Of a DNA stretch of 64,000 bases, positions 52,556 through 63,491 are shown piece by piece. Below the pieces are notes generated by a model. It searched no databases and was not told the origin of the DNA. It was given only the letters and a program-made list of their open reading frames with translations. Location of the stretch: NCBI GenBank assembly GCA_963796965.1, contig CAWCNS010000007.1, positions 704,001-768,000 on the forward strand, given 5' to 3'. The position numbers and the translations under genes were made by a program. Each line of letters opens with the position of its first letter. Position 1 is the stretch's first letter. The DNA is from Calditrichia bacterium. Its GTDB lineage: Bacteria > Calditrichota > Calditrichia > JAJRVZ01.

Positions 52556-53869
52556 TCATAATGGCGTGACGGTTCTGTCTGAAGGAACAGATTTCCAGAC
52601 AAAACAGTCTGTGGGACAAAGATCAAAACAGGTGGAGCAACCTGTACAATCATAGGGATCAACACTAGCTACCCTTGCCTGTTTATTTTTTTCTTTCCAT
52701 CCCTCTCCCGGAACCATTTTCAAGGCATAACAATGACCGATAGGGATACATTTCTCACAACCGATACATTTCTCTTCTTCCACAAAGGCAACCGCTTCTC
52801 TAAGTTTTAATGTTTGTGCGGTTTTTATTTTTGGAACCAGTATATCTCTCATCGCCTTAAATGAGCCATAGTTATGTCGCTGCATATAATCTTTTAGGCC
52901 ATTAATTTCCTTGTACAGATAATTAAAACCCCGAATCATTGTTTCCGTTACCACACCCACCATATCTGCACCAAGCATGGCCATCTCCACGTAATCCTGC
53001 CAATGAGACATGCCGCCATATCCACAAACCGAAACAAAAGGACCGTTCAGTCGCCTGATTTCATAAATATCCCTAAGTGCAAGGGGTTTGAGCCAGGATC
53101 CGGACAAACAGGTCATGGATGGATCAACCTGTAACCTGTGGGAACTGCTTGTGGGATCTTCAATATTAGCAATGGGTGGGATTCCAAGACGATTGCCCAC
53201 ACTGGAGACGGCATCGGCACCGGCCGCGTACGCCTCCATTGCAAGTTGTGCTATATTACCTCCTTCCGGTGTGAGCTTTACAAATAGAGGAATATTTGTT
53301 TCTGTTTTGACAGATTTCACAATCTCTGCGATCAAATCCGGATGCTGTGCCATAGAAGCGCCTGTGCATTTTTGGGTATCATCTCCAGTGACTTCTAGGT
53401 TAAAGGACATATTGGGACAACACATATTAAGTTCGTTTGCATCGGCACCGGCGTCTTCAAAGGCTTTCGCCATCCTCACCCATCCCGCCACTCCCTCATC
53501 GCCATCATAGGTTATATTACTGAGGATTTTAGATACTTTTACTTGTTTCTTTCCCTCCTCACAAATTCGTAAAGCTTCAGCAAGGGTGATTCGTTTTTCT
53601 GCTGTAAACGTATGTAGTTTATTCTTATCCCACCATCGATAGCGTGGTTCACGATTTATATAGGGTTCAGGATCAATGGTGAGTTTTATTACCGCGGCAC
53701 CCCAGCCTGCTTCATCAATCTGACGGATCATATCTACCGTTTTGACGGTAGGACCTGATCCTACAAAAAAAGGATTATGCAGATCCAATCCCGCCGTCTT
53801 AACAGGCAGGTAGGTTGCTTCGTGAATATCAGGGATAGAATCCTTGTTTATCTTCCCTTTATCTGTCAT
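52556..53869 (-). CDS. Dihydropyrimidine dehydrogenase PreA / DHODH-like FMN protein with a C-terminal 2x[4Fe-4S] ferredoxin domain
   Basis: NPFFVGSGP, ELNMCCPN, LFVKLTP, SGSWLKPLALR, GYGG, CIGCEKC and CTGCSTCFDLCP. Confidence 0.85.
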   Translation of the reverse strand: MTDKGKINKDSIPDIHEATYLPVKTAGLDLHNPFFVGSGPTVKTVDMIRQIDEAGWGAAVIKLTIDPEPYINREPRYRWWDKNKLHTFTAEKRITLAEALRICEEGKKQVKVSKILSNITYDGDEGVAGWVRMAKAFEDAGADANELNMCCPNMSFNLEVTGDDTQKCTGASMAQHPDLIAEIVKSVKTETNIPLFVKLTPEGGNIAQLAMEAYAAGADAVSSVGNRLGIPPIANIEDPTSSSHRLQVDPSMTCLSGSWLKPLALRDIYEIRRLNGPFVSVCGYGGMSHWQDYVEMAMLGADMVGVVTETMIRGFNYLYKEINGLKDYMQRHNYGSFKAMRDILVPKIKTAQTLKLREAVAFVEEEKCIGCEKCIPIGHCYALKMVPGEGWKEKNKQARVASVDPYDCTGCSTCFDLCPTDCFVWKSVPSDRTVTPL

Positions 53870-54065
53870 AATATTCTCTTCTTTTTATACATACTCTCAC
53901 ATTTTACAGGGTCGTGACATTCCTATAAACCGGGAGAATAGTAACAAAGCCAATATAATTATAGTTTTCATTAACGCAGAGAATCGCTGAGAACGCAAAG
54001 TTCCGCAGAGTTTTTTTATTCTTTTAAATTGTTAACGACCCGTTGTATACCCTATATCCATGATA

Positions 54066-55437
54066 TTACCCTCCTAATAAGTCATCCACTGCTTCTTCGA
54101 ATACCTCTAATGATTCAAGAAGCATATCATCTTCTATAGTAAGAGGGGGGCAGATTTTGATGCATTCACCGGCGATGCCTACCGGGGCAAACATGAGCAG
54201 CCCTTTTTGAAAGGAAGCAATATTGATCTTCACTGCCGTCTCCGGATCTGGTATTTTTGTACCCGGTTTTACCACCTGAATACCGGCAACCAATCCTTTT
54301 CCATGTAAACATCCCAAACGATCGGGATATTTTGATTGTATTTTTTTAAGACCTTCAAGGAGGACTTTTCCGGAGGCTGCCGCGCGCTCGCTCAGCCTTT
54401 CATTTTGAAATATTTCAAGATTTGCGACAGCTGAAGCCACAGGAAGCGGTGAGGCCGAGTGGGTAGATGTCATAGACCCAGGGGCATATAGATCGATTAT
54501 ATCTTTTCGACCAATAACCGCAGCCAACGGCAAAGAAGAAGAGATCCCTTTGCCACATGCAACCAAATCGGGCTGTATCCCATAATGTTCGTAACAGAAG
54601 TTTTTTCCGGTTCTCCCAAATCCGGCCTGCACTTCGTCCATAGTGAGAACAATATCATTATCCTTACAAAACTTCTGTAATTTTTGGGCATAGTCAATGG
54701 GAAAAAAATCAGGTCCGATTCCCTGATAACTTTCTGTCATTACCCCTGCAATCATTTTAGGTTTAATATTTTTCTCATGTATTGTCTTCAGAAACAGCTC
54801 AAATGATATATCTTCATTTTTATATCCGTCTGGAAAAGGAACCTGTATAAAAGTATCATCACCCTCTCCTATCCATTTTTTCAATGCCGGAAGACCGCCG
54901 GCCAATTGTGCACCCATGGTTCGACCATGAAAAGCATTCTGAAAACTTATAAAGTATTTTTTCTTTGGCCCATGGTTTTCGAGAGCATAGGTCTTGGATA
55001 ATTTAATGCAGCATTCCGTTGCTTCACTCCCTGTTGTAAGCAAAAACACCATGTAGTTGTCCGGATCGGGTGATAAATCTCTTAACATCGTAGTTAGGCG
55101 GGCACGGTCTTCATGAACAAAGACATAGCTGGCCAACAACCCCTGTTCGATAGTTTTTATTAATGCATCCTTGATTTCCTGCCGTCCATGTCCCACATTG
55201 GTCACCAGTACGCCCGAGGACCAGTCAATCCAACGATTACCCCAATGATCATAAACAGTTGAATCCTCCGCTTTGTACCACACGATCGGCGGTTGTCCCA
55301 TCATTGATCTGGGTTCTGTTTTTTGAAGTCTGTTGATAGATTGGAATGGATTCGGGAACGGGAATCTTTGTGTTTATGGTACGATATTTAGTTTCAATTT
55401 TTGGTACATCGACCGGATTTAGATCATATTCAGCCAT
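54066..55437 (-). CDS. Class III PLP-dependent aminotransferase; apparent frameshift near 55335
   Basis: DWSSGVLVTNVGHG, TGSEATE, AFHGRT, DEVQAGFGRTG, ACGKG and STHS. The N-terminal ORF 55249-55437 has a GGAG RBS. Confidence 0.9.
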
Positions 55438-55501
55438 TTTCTCTCCAATAATGGAATTATTTAGATTGTTCTCAGTTTGGTATTACCAGTTATTTATTAA
55501 A

Positions 55502-55682
55502 ACCACCGAGTACGCGGAGATCACAGAGATTTAATTTATTAATAAAGATTCTCGGCATTTTGTCATCCCGCGGGGATCTTGCTTCTTGCCGATATAGAAT
55601 TCTCAACAAGGAAGATTCCTTCGGAATGACATTCGGTATTTTTTTATTGTAACAATCCATTTCTGTGTGCTCTGTTGTGATT
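55502..55682. repeat. Nested REP-like elements: CACAGAG-type inverted pair enclosing a GTCAT...ATGAC pair
   Basis: ACCACCGAGTACGCGGAGATCACAGAGA pairs with TTCTGTGTGCTCTGTTGTGA. Inside is GTCATCCCGCGGGGATCT...AGATTCCTTCGGAATGAC (55562-55630). Confidence 0.65.
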
Positions 55683-55708
55683 ATAGGACTTTCCGACAAA
55701 ATGCACTG

Positions 55709-57279
55709 CTAAACTCGATTCTTGGTTAATTTTGCCATTGATCGTGCCTGCCCAGGTCCTAATCGGCCTTTAAACTTATTAAAGAGTTCCTCCTCCGAAA
55801 ATTCATTTGCCCAGGTATCTAAAATAGAATCCTGTAATTCAAAAGCGCGGAGTGTGACCTCTTCTGTATCCATTAAATTATTTAAGATATCCCTCAACTC
55901 ACGTTTGACATCCCTGGAAGCCTCATTATTACTCAAATTAATCAGCTCATTGGGGTCATCCTTCAGATTAAAAAGCAGATCATCATACCATGTATAGTGA
56001 ATATATTTCCAATCACCCTTGCGTATCATAAATGATCCCGTACAGTTTCCTTCAGAATGTGTCTCACAAAATGCATATCCGGGATGAGTTGAAGAATTAC
56101 CATTCATAAGAGGGTTAAGTGAATAGCCCCTTAAATCGCTGGGACGTTTGACATCCGCCCATTCCAGGATGGTGGCGACAAGATCAACATGCCCAACGGG
56201 TTCATTTACTTTCATACCTTTCGGTATTCCTGGACCTGAAATTATTAGAGGAACGCGGGCTGCATTATCATAAAGGTTGTTCTTATACCATAAGCCATGT
56301 TCGCCGAGTGTTTCACCATGATCAGAGGTATAGATAAAAACTGTATTTTCTAACTGACCGGATTTCTTTAAGGATTCATATAAGTTGCCAACATATTCAT
56401 CTAGTTCCGTGATCATACCGTAATATCCAGCGCGGGCCCTGCGGATCCGGTCTTCTGGTATCGGTGTTGCAATCCTTTTAAAATGCCTGATTTCCTGATT
56501 AACCAGATGCAGTTCTTCCAGATGACCCGGTGGCACATCGGGCATGTCTACCCGGACAGGATAGTACATATTAAAATACTTTTCTAATGCTTCGAATTTT
56601 GGATGGGGCTGTAAAAAGCCAGCATAGAGCACCCAGGGCTTATTTAACTCCGGCGCTTCATTTTCAAGGAAGTTGATTGCCAGCTCTGTCTTTTTCTGAT
56701 CACTATGGCGGTTGGTTCTTGATTTGCCAGCCACACCATCACGCTCTTTTACGCGATAGCCTACCGGTCTTCTAAAAAGAGACGTAATATCAGGGCCATG
56801 CTGATGACCATTTTTTGTTTCTACTTCGACCATTCCACGATCAAAATCATCATTAAGGTCGAGCTTACCCGTAGCCCAACAATGATAGCCGGCATCCTTG
56901 TAACCTTTTAGTCCATAATGGATAACTGCCATCCCATACGGTTGAGTTACAGAACGAATTGCAATCGGAGGCATACATGCCTGTCATCATGCTCGTACGC
57001 GCCGGGACACAAACAGGGTTTCCACAATAATTATCTGTAAAGACTGTGCCATGAAGCGGCAAGTTTATCAAGATTAGGTGTAGATACGTAGGGATGTCCC
57101 ATATAACCGGCATATTTATAACTATGTTGATCAGAACAGATAAAGATTATGTTGGGCTTTTTGGCCTGGGAATCAGGGGAATCTTTTGCGAGGGCTAATG
57201 TACTGGAATTTGCAAGGGCAGCTGCCCCAATCCCTTTGATAAGATTCTTATTAAATTCTCTCCGTTTCATTGCTGTCAT
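55709..57279 (-). CDS. Tat-exported sulfatase (choline-sulfatase-like); two apparent frameshifts near 57055 and 56900
   Basis: KRREF and PNIIFICSDQH in frame 1, CGNPVCVPARTS in frame 2, and YTSDHGETLGEHGLWYK in frame 3. Confidence 0.88.
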
Positions 57280-57342
57280 ACAGTTCCTCTTTTTTCTTCT
57301 TCATAAATGAAAAAGTGATTGTGATTTTTTGAGGATTATTTT

Positions 57343-58410
57343 TTATTCCAATCCGTGGTAAAAATCCTCTATATTGATATGACATTTTTTCTCAGCAGAT
57401 TCATACATTGCCAACACAGTTATTAATGCATTCAGACCGTCAACACCCCGCGTTCCGGGTTGAGAGGGAACGCCATTTTTCACACACGCAACAAAATGCT
57501 CAATCTCGCCAACATATCCGAGGGACATGAACTCATCAACAGCTGGTTTTGTCCAGCCGTGGGTAAAGTCAGATTTTTCAATAGCATAACCATATCCCTT
57601 CTTGCTATAGACGTTTAAAGGAGATCCCATAGTGAGATCAACATGGATATTGCCATCTGACCCATATATTTCTACCTTGTCATCCATCCCGCCGCAGGTA
57701 ATATAGTTTCCCTCCACAAATGCCCGGGCTCCACCGCTTAATTCAATTAGTCCCGCAGCCCAATCTTCCCCTGAATAATTATTATGCAATAAATTGTCCT
57801 CTGCGCCCGCTGTCTTCATGGCTGCAACTGCTGATATATCCTGACCAAGCAACCAGGGTAAAAAGCCAACCGGATGGATACCGAGATGAATCATTGCGCC
57901 ACCACCACAATAATCCTTATTTTGTGCATACATGGAATGGGAACCGTTATGTGTTTCTTTCGCTTTTACATAGAGTATTTCACCAATCCCTCCCTCCTGG
58001 CAAATCTCCTTTGCCCGAACCAATGCAGGGGCAAAAACCCAATCTTCTGCATACATAAGGTTCACCTTTTTTTCTTTACAAATTGCTATCATTTTGATCC
58101 CATCTTCGATAGAAGTCGCAAAGGGTTTTTCACAAATAATTGCTTTTATACCCGCTTGGGCAGCAGCGACGACAATTTCCTTATGTAAAAAGTTTGGGAC
58201 ACAAACACTCAAAAGATCCAAATCTTCTTTTTCAAACATTTTGGTGTAATCATCATATTTTTGGGGAATGTCGTACTCATTAGCAAATTTATCAAGATTA
58301 TCGATGGCAGCGACAGCCTGCATAATTACATCCGGACAACGCTTATAAGATTCTGCATGCAACATGCCGGCAAACTGTGAACCCACAATTCCTATCTTTA
58401 ATTTATCCAT
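57343..58410 (-). CDS. Cytoplasmic Gfo/Idh/MocA oxidoreductase
   Basis: KIGIVGS, VCVPNFLH, ICEKP and GGGAMIHLGIH. Confidence 0.92.
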   Translation of the reverse strand: MDKLKIGIVGSQFAGMLHAESYKRCPDVIMQAVAAIDNLDKFANEYDIPQKYDDYTKMFEKEDLDLLSVCVPNFLHKEIVVAAAQAGIKAIICEKPFATSIEDGIKMIAICKEKKVNLMYAEDWVFAPALVRAKEICQEGGIGEILYVKAKETHNGSHSMYAQNKDYCGGGAMIHLGIHPVGFLPWLLGQDISAVAAMKTAGAEDNLLHNNYSGEDWAAGLIELSGGARAFVEGNYITCGGMDDKVEIYGSDGNIHVDLTMGSPLNVYSKKGYGYAIEKSDFTHGWTKPAVDEFMSLGYVGEIEHFVACVKNGVPSQPGTRGVDGLNALITVLAMYESAEKKCHINIEDFYHGLE

Positions 58411-58639
58411 AATTTCCCTCAAATTTCAGAACAGTTCTTAATATATCTTTTGACTCGGGAGGTATATCTTAATTTTTTTTCTCATAAAACCACCAAATCT
58501 CAAAGAAGGCGATATTAAAATACATGGTGTATATGTAGGACACGATTAATCGCGCCGTTACATTTACATGATATGAAAAAGAATCCTTATTTGCAAAAGA
58601 TTTGGTCATTTCCGTATTAATTTCAGATGTGTATGTTAT

Positions 58640-59689
58640 TTATCTTCCTTCATTCTTCATCCAGGCTTTCGGAAACAGTCTCTCGGCATTAATCCGGTAG
58701 AGTTTTTCAATCACCTGCCGAGGTAGTGCCAAACCCTGAAATGTTGCATCAAACTCACTCGTTTGCATGATTTCATTACCAGTCAGAAACTTCCAATCCT
58801 CAATCCATTTATTGTGAACCTCGTCTCTAAAAATATTCAGATCGCTATTTGGTTCCTGAATTATATCAGTTCCATATATAATACGATCCTGATATTTTAC
58901 AAAAAACTCCCTAACCATCTCTCTATTTCGATTCGAATGATATTGCATATACATCAAGCGCGCAGAGAGATCGATAACTGTCTTTGGAAAAGTATCCAGA
59001 AATTGAGCCACCTGATTAACATCCCACTCTAAACTTGCCAAATGTACAGCAATAAATTTTAGGTTAGGGTTTTTCTTAAGCATTCGGTCCCGGGCTGTGA
59101 TTTGTTCATCATAAGATGGAAACTCCGGATGCAGGTACATGTGATATTGCGGATGGTTTTGAAAATAATCCCGGATATATTTAATTGATATGTCTTCCAG
59201 CGACAACCAACAATCTTTTGGTTCTCCAAGATGTCCAAGAAGAGGAATGTTTTTTTCAATGATGTAATTAAATATCGGACCAAATTGGGGGGAATCAATC
59301 ATAACATAGTGATTCTGATTATCCTTAAATTCCATACCGATATTTTTCCAAATTTTAACCGCAACTGCACCTCTTTTAAAACATTGATCTAAATGCTCAA
59401 TTGTTTTTTTAACCCAATCAGAATTATCCCAGCCAGACATCGGAAAAGCAGATACAAAAGCGAAGCGATCCGGATTTTCACTTAAGAGGCGCGTAGAGAT
59501 TGCTGTTTGTTCTTCTATACTTGGAAACTCACTAGCATCAACATTTACCGACAGTAACCTAAAATTATCTTTCTTTGATTGCTGAAGAAAAGCAGAGTCG
59601 AGAGAATTAATATGCACATGAGCATCAATCTTTTCGATCAAATAAAAATCTTTTAAAGAATAACAAGAAGGTTCCTTTTTATTTTGCAT
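58640..59689 (-). CDS. Amidohydrolase_2 family protein
   Basis: KIDAHVH, AVKIWKNIG, LGHLGEP, AVHLASL and RIIYGTD. Confidence 0.88.
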   Translation of the reverse strand: MQNKKEPSCYSLKDFYLIEKIDAHVHINSLDSAFLQQSKKDNFRLLSVNVDASEFPSIEEQTAISTRLLSENPDRFAFVSAFPMSGWDNSDWVKKTIEHLDQCFKRGAVAVKIWKNIGMEFKDNQNHYVMIDSPQFGPIFNYIIEKNIPLLGHLGEPKDCWLSLEDISIKYIRDYFQNHPQYHMYLHPEFPSYDEQITARDRMLKKNPNLKFIAVHLASLEWDVNQVAQFLDTFPKTVIDLSARLMYMQYHSNRNREMVREFFVKYQDRIIYGTDIIQEPNSDLNIFRDEVHNKWIEDWKFLTGNEIMQTSEFDATFQGLALPRQVIEKLYRINAERLFPKAWMKNEGR

Positions 59690-59881
59690 CCTTTTTAACC
59701 TTTAATAATTCACTGATGCAATCACCGAGCATAACAAAAATTTATATCCATGCATTACACTAATTATCTATAATTTTTAATCTATATAAGTAGTCGCCAG
59801 TTAAATTGCAGATATGTAATTACAAACAACGAGATATCCAACTATTTTATTAATTTCTCAACCTGGAAACTTGATCTAAAG

Positions 59882-59946
59882 AACTCACCCTTGCCGAAGG
59901 CATCCCTTTTTCGGGAAAATCCCTCTCTTGAGAAGAGAGGGACTTT
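59882..59946. repeat. CCCTCTCTT/AAGAGAGGG hairpin repeat interrupted by a double-hairpin mini-element
   Basis: AACTCACCCT[TGCCGAAGGCATCCCTTTTTCGGGA]AAATCCCTCTCTTGAGAAGAGAGGGACTTT. Confidence 0.7.
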
Positions 59947-60056
59947 GAGGAGCCCCTTCTCGTAATCCTGAGTCCCGTATAGACGGGGAGTGAAAATTCG
60001 TTAAATTCGTGAAAAAATTCCTTCTTCTTTGTACCGGTAGATTTGAATGGATTAGG

Positions 60057-61790
60057 TTAATTAGATAAAAACAAATCTGAATTGTATACAATTTTTCCAC
60101 CGACCATCGTCATCTCTGCTTCAATCGTTTTAATTTTCTCCACCGGGCAATTCAGAAAATCTTCAGAAATAACAACCAAGTCCGCCAACTTGCCTGACTC
60201 AATCGATCCTTTTATAGTTTCCTCAAAGGAAGCATAAGCATTATTTATCGTATACATTCTTAATGCTTCTTCCCTTGAAACTGCCTGCTCAGGAACGATT
60301 GTTGTACCTCGTTCAGATATTCGGGTGATAATTGTCCACATAGCCAGAAAGGGATTGTAAGGATTTATTGAGGTATAAGAGTCAAATTTTACCATATGAT
60401 CTGAGCCACCATTAACAATTACACCAGCTTCAAACAATGATTTATAGGGATGAAATGTGTTTATCCTCTTATCACCAAGGACATAATCCATGGCATCAGC
60501 GTCTTTATAAAACCATGCCGGCTGCATATCAGCATATACGCCCAATCTTTGTATCTTTTCGATCGCTTCTGCCGTAAAAAAATTCCCATGAATAATTGAG
60601 AACCGTCTGTCTTTTATGGATTGCTTATTATTAATTTCTTCATAAGCCTGCAGCATAATATCAACCCCGCCACCACCTGTACAATGGGCAGTCATCTTCC
60701 AGCCTATCTCATTGGCGACTTTGCCAATCTTTACCAAAGTCTCTTTATTGGTTAAAAGTACGCCACGGTATGTGGGATCAGCAATACCATAGATCTCTTT
60801 TGCTTTTACTCCCCAGGGCTCCCTTAACCAGGCAGTTCCGGTTAATATCCCCCCATCCATCCATAGTTTTAAGGCACCAACCCTAACCCACTCATCTCCA
60901 AAACCAGTGTAGTATCCCAGACCAAGCAATTTTTCCCTAATTTCCTTCTCGGAAGCATCTTTGTTAAATGGGAATGATATGTTCTGGAGGATTCTTGCTG
61001 TCAGCCGGCCTTGATTTTTCAGGTCAATATATTTTTTTAGACTGCCTGGTTTCCCCATCCCGGAGCAAAGCCCCGTAAAACCAACTTTATTATAACGTCT
61101 GATCATATTTTCCAGGGCATCAAGATAATCATTATAAGCCAGTTTTGGTTTTCGTTTTATCTTAAGTAGTGGAAAAGCGGAAGCCCGTATAATTCCGGTT
61201 AGCTCACCACTGGTCTTATCTTTTAAAATACCCCTATTTTTCGTTGAGGATTTTATACCAGAAATACGCAGGGCTGCAGAGTTAATCATGCCACCGTAGC
61301 TGCCATCAAGGAATACAGGGTGATTTGGCGCAACATGATCCAACTCAACCAGCGTGGGTTGTCTCATTTCTTTAAGCCTCGTTGGAAAGAACTTTGGATG
61401 AATGATCCACTCATTCTTCTTCTTACGAGATGCCTGTACCTTTATCCAATCTAAAAGTTCAACTAGGGTGTGTACATCTGGGATCTCTTCATCTAACTCA
61501 CTTACAGATGCTGTTTCTGGATGCAGATGGGCATCGATTAATCCTGGGAGTACTGTTTTCCCTTTCAGATCAATTCTTGCTGTTGCATTCCCACTCATGC
61601 CTTCAATTTCAGCATTTGTACCTACAGCAATAAATCTATCATTTTTTATTGCAAGTGCTTCCACGACAGAAAATCGCTTATCTACAGTAATTATTTTCCC
61701 ATTTACAAGAACCAGATCAGGGACAAAGTGGTTCTTCTCTGAACAAGAGGTCAAAAATAGTATTAAAATTACAATAAAGTGTTTTTTCAT
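60057..61790 (-). CDS. Amidohydrolase_3 (YtcJ-like) lipoprotein
   Basis: DLVLVNGKI, IDLKGKTVLPGLIDAHLH, KLWMDG, AHCTG, GGSDH and GSIESGKLADLVV. There is a TSC lipobox after ATG 61790. Confidence 0.9.
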   Translation of the reverse strand: MKKHFIVILILFLTSCSEKNHFVPDLVLVNGKIITVDKRFSVVEALAIKNDRFIAVGTNAEIEGMSGNATARIDLKGKTVLPGLIDAHLHPETASVSELDEEIPDVHTLVELLDWIKVQASRKKKNEWIIHPKFFPTRLKEMRQPTLVELDHVAPNHPVFLDGSYGGMINSAALRISGIKSSTKNRGILKDKTSGELTGIIRASAFPLLKIKRKPKLAYNDYLDALENMIRRYNKVGFTGLCSGMGKPGSLKKYIDLKNQGRLTARILQNISFPFNKDASEKEIREKLLGLGYYTGFGDEWVRVGALKLWMDGGILTGTAWLREPWGVKAKEIYGIADPTYRGVLLTNKETLVKIGKVANEIGWKMTAHCTGGGGVDIMLQAYEEINNKQSIKDRRFSIIHGNFFTAEAIEKIQRLGVYADMQPAWFYKDADAMDYVLGDKRINTFHPYKSLFEAGVIVNGGSDHMVKFDSYTSINPYNPFLAMWTIITRISERGTTIVPEQAVSREEALRMYTINNAYASFEETIKGSIESGKLADLVVISEDFLNCPVEKIKTIEAEMTMVGGKIVYNSDLFLSN

Positions 61791-61892
61791 TTTGGATTCC
61801 ACATAATCAATATTGGGATTAAAATAGTATAGAATATTTATAATGAACATAAACAAAAACTTTTTAATTATCCATATTCAATCAGTATTCAG

Positions 61893-63491
61893 TCAATTTG
61901 ACCTGATCCAAATTGGACTGGACCAGGCGTAGCTATTGTTTGTTTGTATAACCCGAATATAGTACCAATCGGTCTGTTCTGTCTTGTGTTCATCTGTAAA
62001 TTCAAATTCAGTCTCATAATTTTCCGCAAAGACAATTCGATGAATTAGGAATGATTCGGAGGTAAACGGTCCGGTGAATTCTACTTCACTGGATTCTGCT
62101 AATTTTCCCAATGTGGTAGAATAGTTCTGATCTTTTGGGGCTGAAAACCGAATATCTAATTTCGTTTGAGGGGAACCGTTAATTTTTAGCACAATACTAT
62201 TTGTCGCCCGCTCTTCATAAGCTTTCATGCGTGAGGTATATGAAACAACCTGGCAGGAATTATCATTTAATAATGTAAGTATATTTCTTCGATTTTCATC
62301 AAATGGTCCAGATTGGAAACAAGGTGTCGTCTCTTCAATTTTGCCTTCCTCCACTTCAATGGTGAAATCCCAGTCACATATCCGCGCCATATTTAAGTCG
62401 CCCCAGGGTCCCCAGCCAAATTCAATTCTACATAAAACCGGTTTATCCCAACTTGCTGCTGTGTTTGGGCGGTCTATTGGAAAATCACGATGAATGACCC
62501 GATTATTTCGTAGAACTTCAACCCGGTCTACGACATCCTTCCCTTCTACTTTAACTTTCAATTTACGTGTGGTGGTTGAAGGAAGAATTTCACCCATCCA
62601 TTTTCCATTCAAACGAAAATCCAAGCCAATACGATCAGCATTTACCGCATAAGTTCTGCGATTTTTGATTGCCTCAAAAATAGATTCTCTGGTTAGGTTT
62701 TCGGCATAAACGCCCGCTAATCCCTCTCCATATGCACCAGGATAACCCAAATGATCATCACTACTGGCAACAATACCAATCTTTTCACCTTTATTCCAGA
62801 GAGATTGAAAGGTGTTATGAGTGACACGGCCGCTCATGCTATGCCGGATATATCTAAGTGGAGAGCGATCAGATTCGGCATTACCATGCTCTGAGAATAT
62901 CTCGGCAACTGGTGAAACTAATGTATTTAATACCGACCAGTCTTGCCCACGCCAGTTGGTTTTATAAGCTGGATGATGGGGCACTAAAATGGCCCCCTTT
63001 CCTTGTGCATATTTCTGAAATTCTTTAAAATCATTTATATAAACAAGATCTCCTTTAGAACCCGGATGAATAATACAAACATCACCGACTGAATTGGAAT
63101 GCCACTCGTAACCAATAAAAGTAACAAATTTACCCGGTTTATTATTGACGTTAGCCATCGACACAACTTTATCCCAATTATTTCTCATAACATCGAAACC
63201 CTTTACCCATTTCATGTGTTTATTTTGAGGCATGATAGGCATGTCATGCCATTGGGAATGACCAGTAAAGCAGAAAAAGTCGAGATGACTTTGGGCTATT
63301 TCGTAAGATCTCTCAAGGGATCCTTTTGCGTATCCAACAGCATTGTGGTTGTGGATATCACCCCAATAAAGATTATAGGATGAGAGATCTGCTGGTTCAC
63401 CCTGTTCTATAATATCACAGGAACTAAACCAGACCAGTGATAGAATTAGAAACAAGTATAAATAAGTTTGTTTTTTCATTTTGAGACTCAC
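61893..63491 (-). CDS. DUF3604-like PHP-fold metallohydrolase lipoprotein
   Basis: LYWGDIHNH, LDFFCFTGH, FIGYEW, PHHP, EIFSEHG, ASSDDH and WYYIRV...AWSSPIW. Confidence 0.85.
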   Translation of the reverse strand: MSLKMKKQTYLYLFLILSLVWFSSCDIIEQGEPADLSSYNLYWGDIHNHNAVGYAKGSLERSYEIAQSHLDFFCFTGHSQWHDMPIMPQNKHMKWVKGFDVMRNNWDKVVSMANVNNKPGKFVTFIGYEWHSNSVGDVCIIHPGSKGDLVYINDFKEFQKYAQGKGAILVPHHPAYKTNWRGQDWSVLNTLVSPVAEIFSEHGNAESDRSPLRYIRHSMSGRVTHNTFQSLWNKGEKIGIVASSDDHLGYPGAYGEGLAGVYAENLTRESIFEAIKNRRTYAVNADRIGLDFRLNGKWMGEILPSTTTRKLKVKVEGKDVVDRVEVLRNNRVIHRDFPIDRPNTAASWDKPVLCRIEFGWGPWGDLNMARICDWDFTIEVEEGKIEETTPCFQSGPFDENRRNILTLLNDNSCQVVSYTSRMKAYEERATNSIVLKINGSPQTKLDIRFSAPKDQNYSTTLGKLAESSEVEFTGPFTSESFLIHRIVFAENYETEFEFTDEHKTEQTDWYYIRVIQTNNSYAWSSPIWIRSN

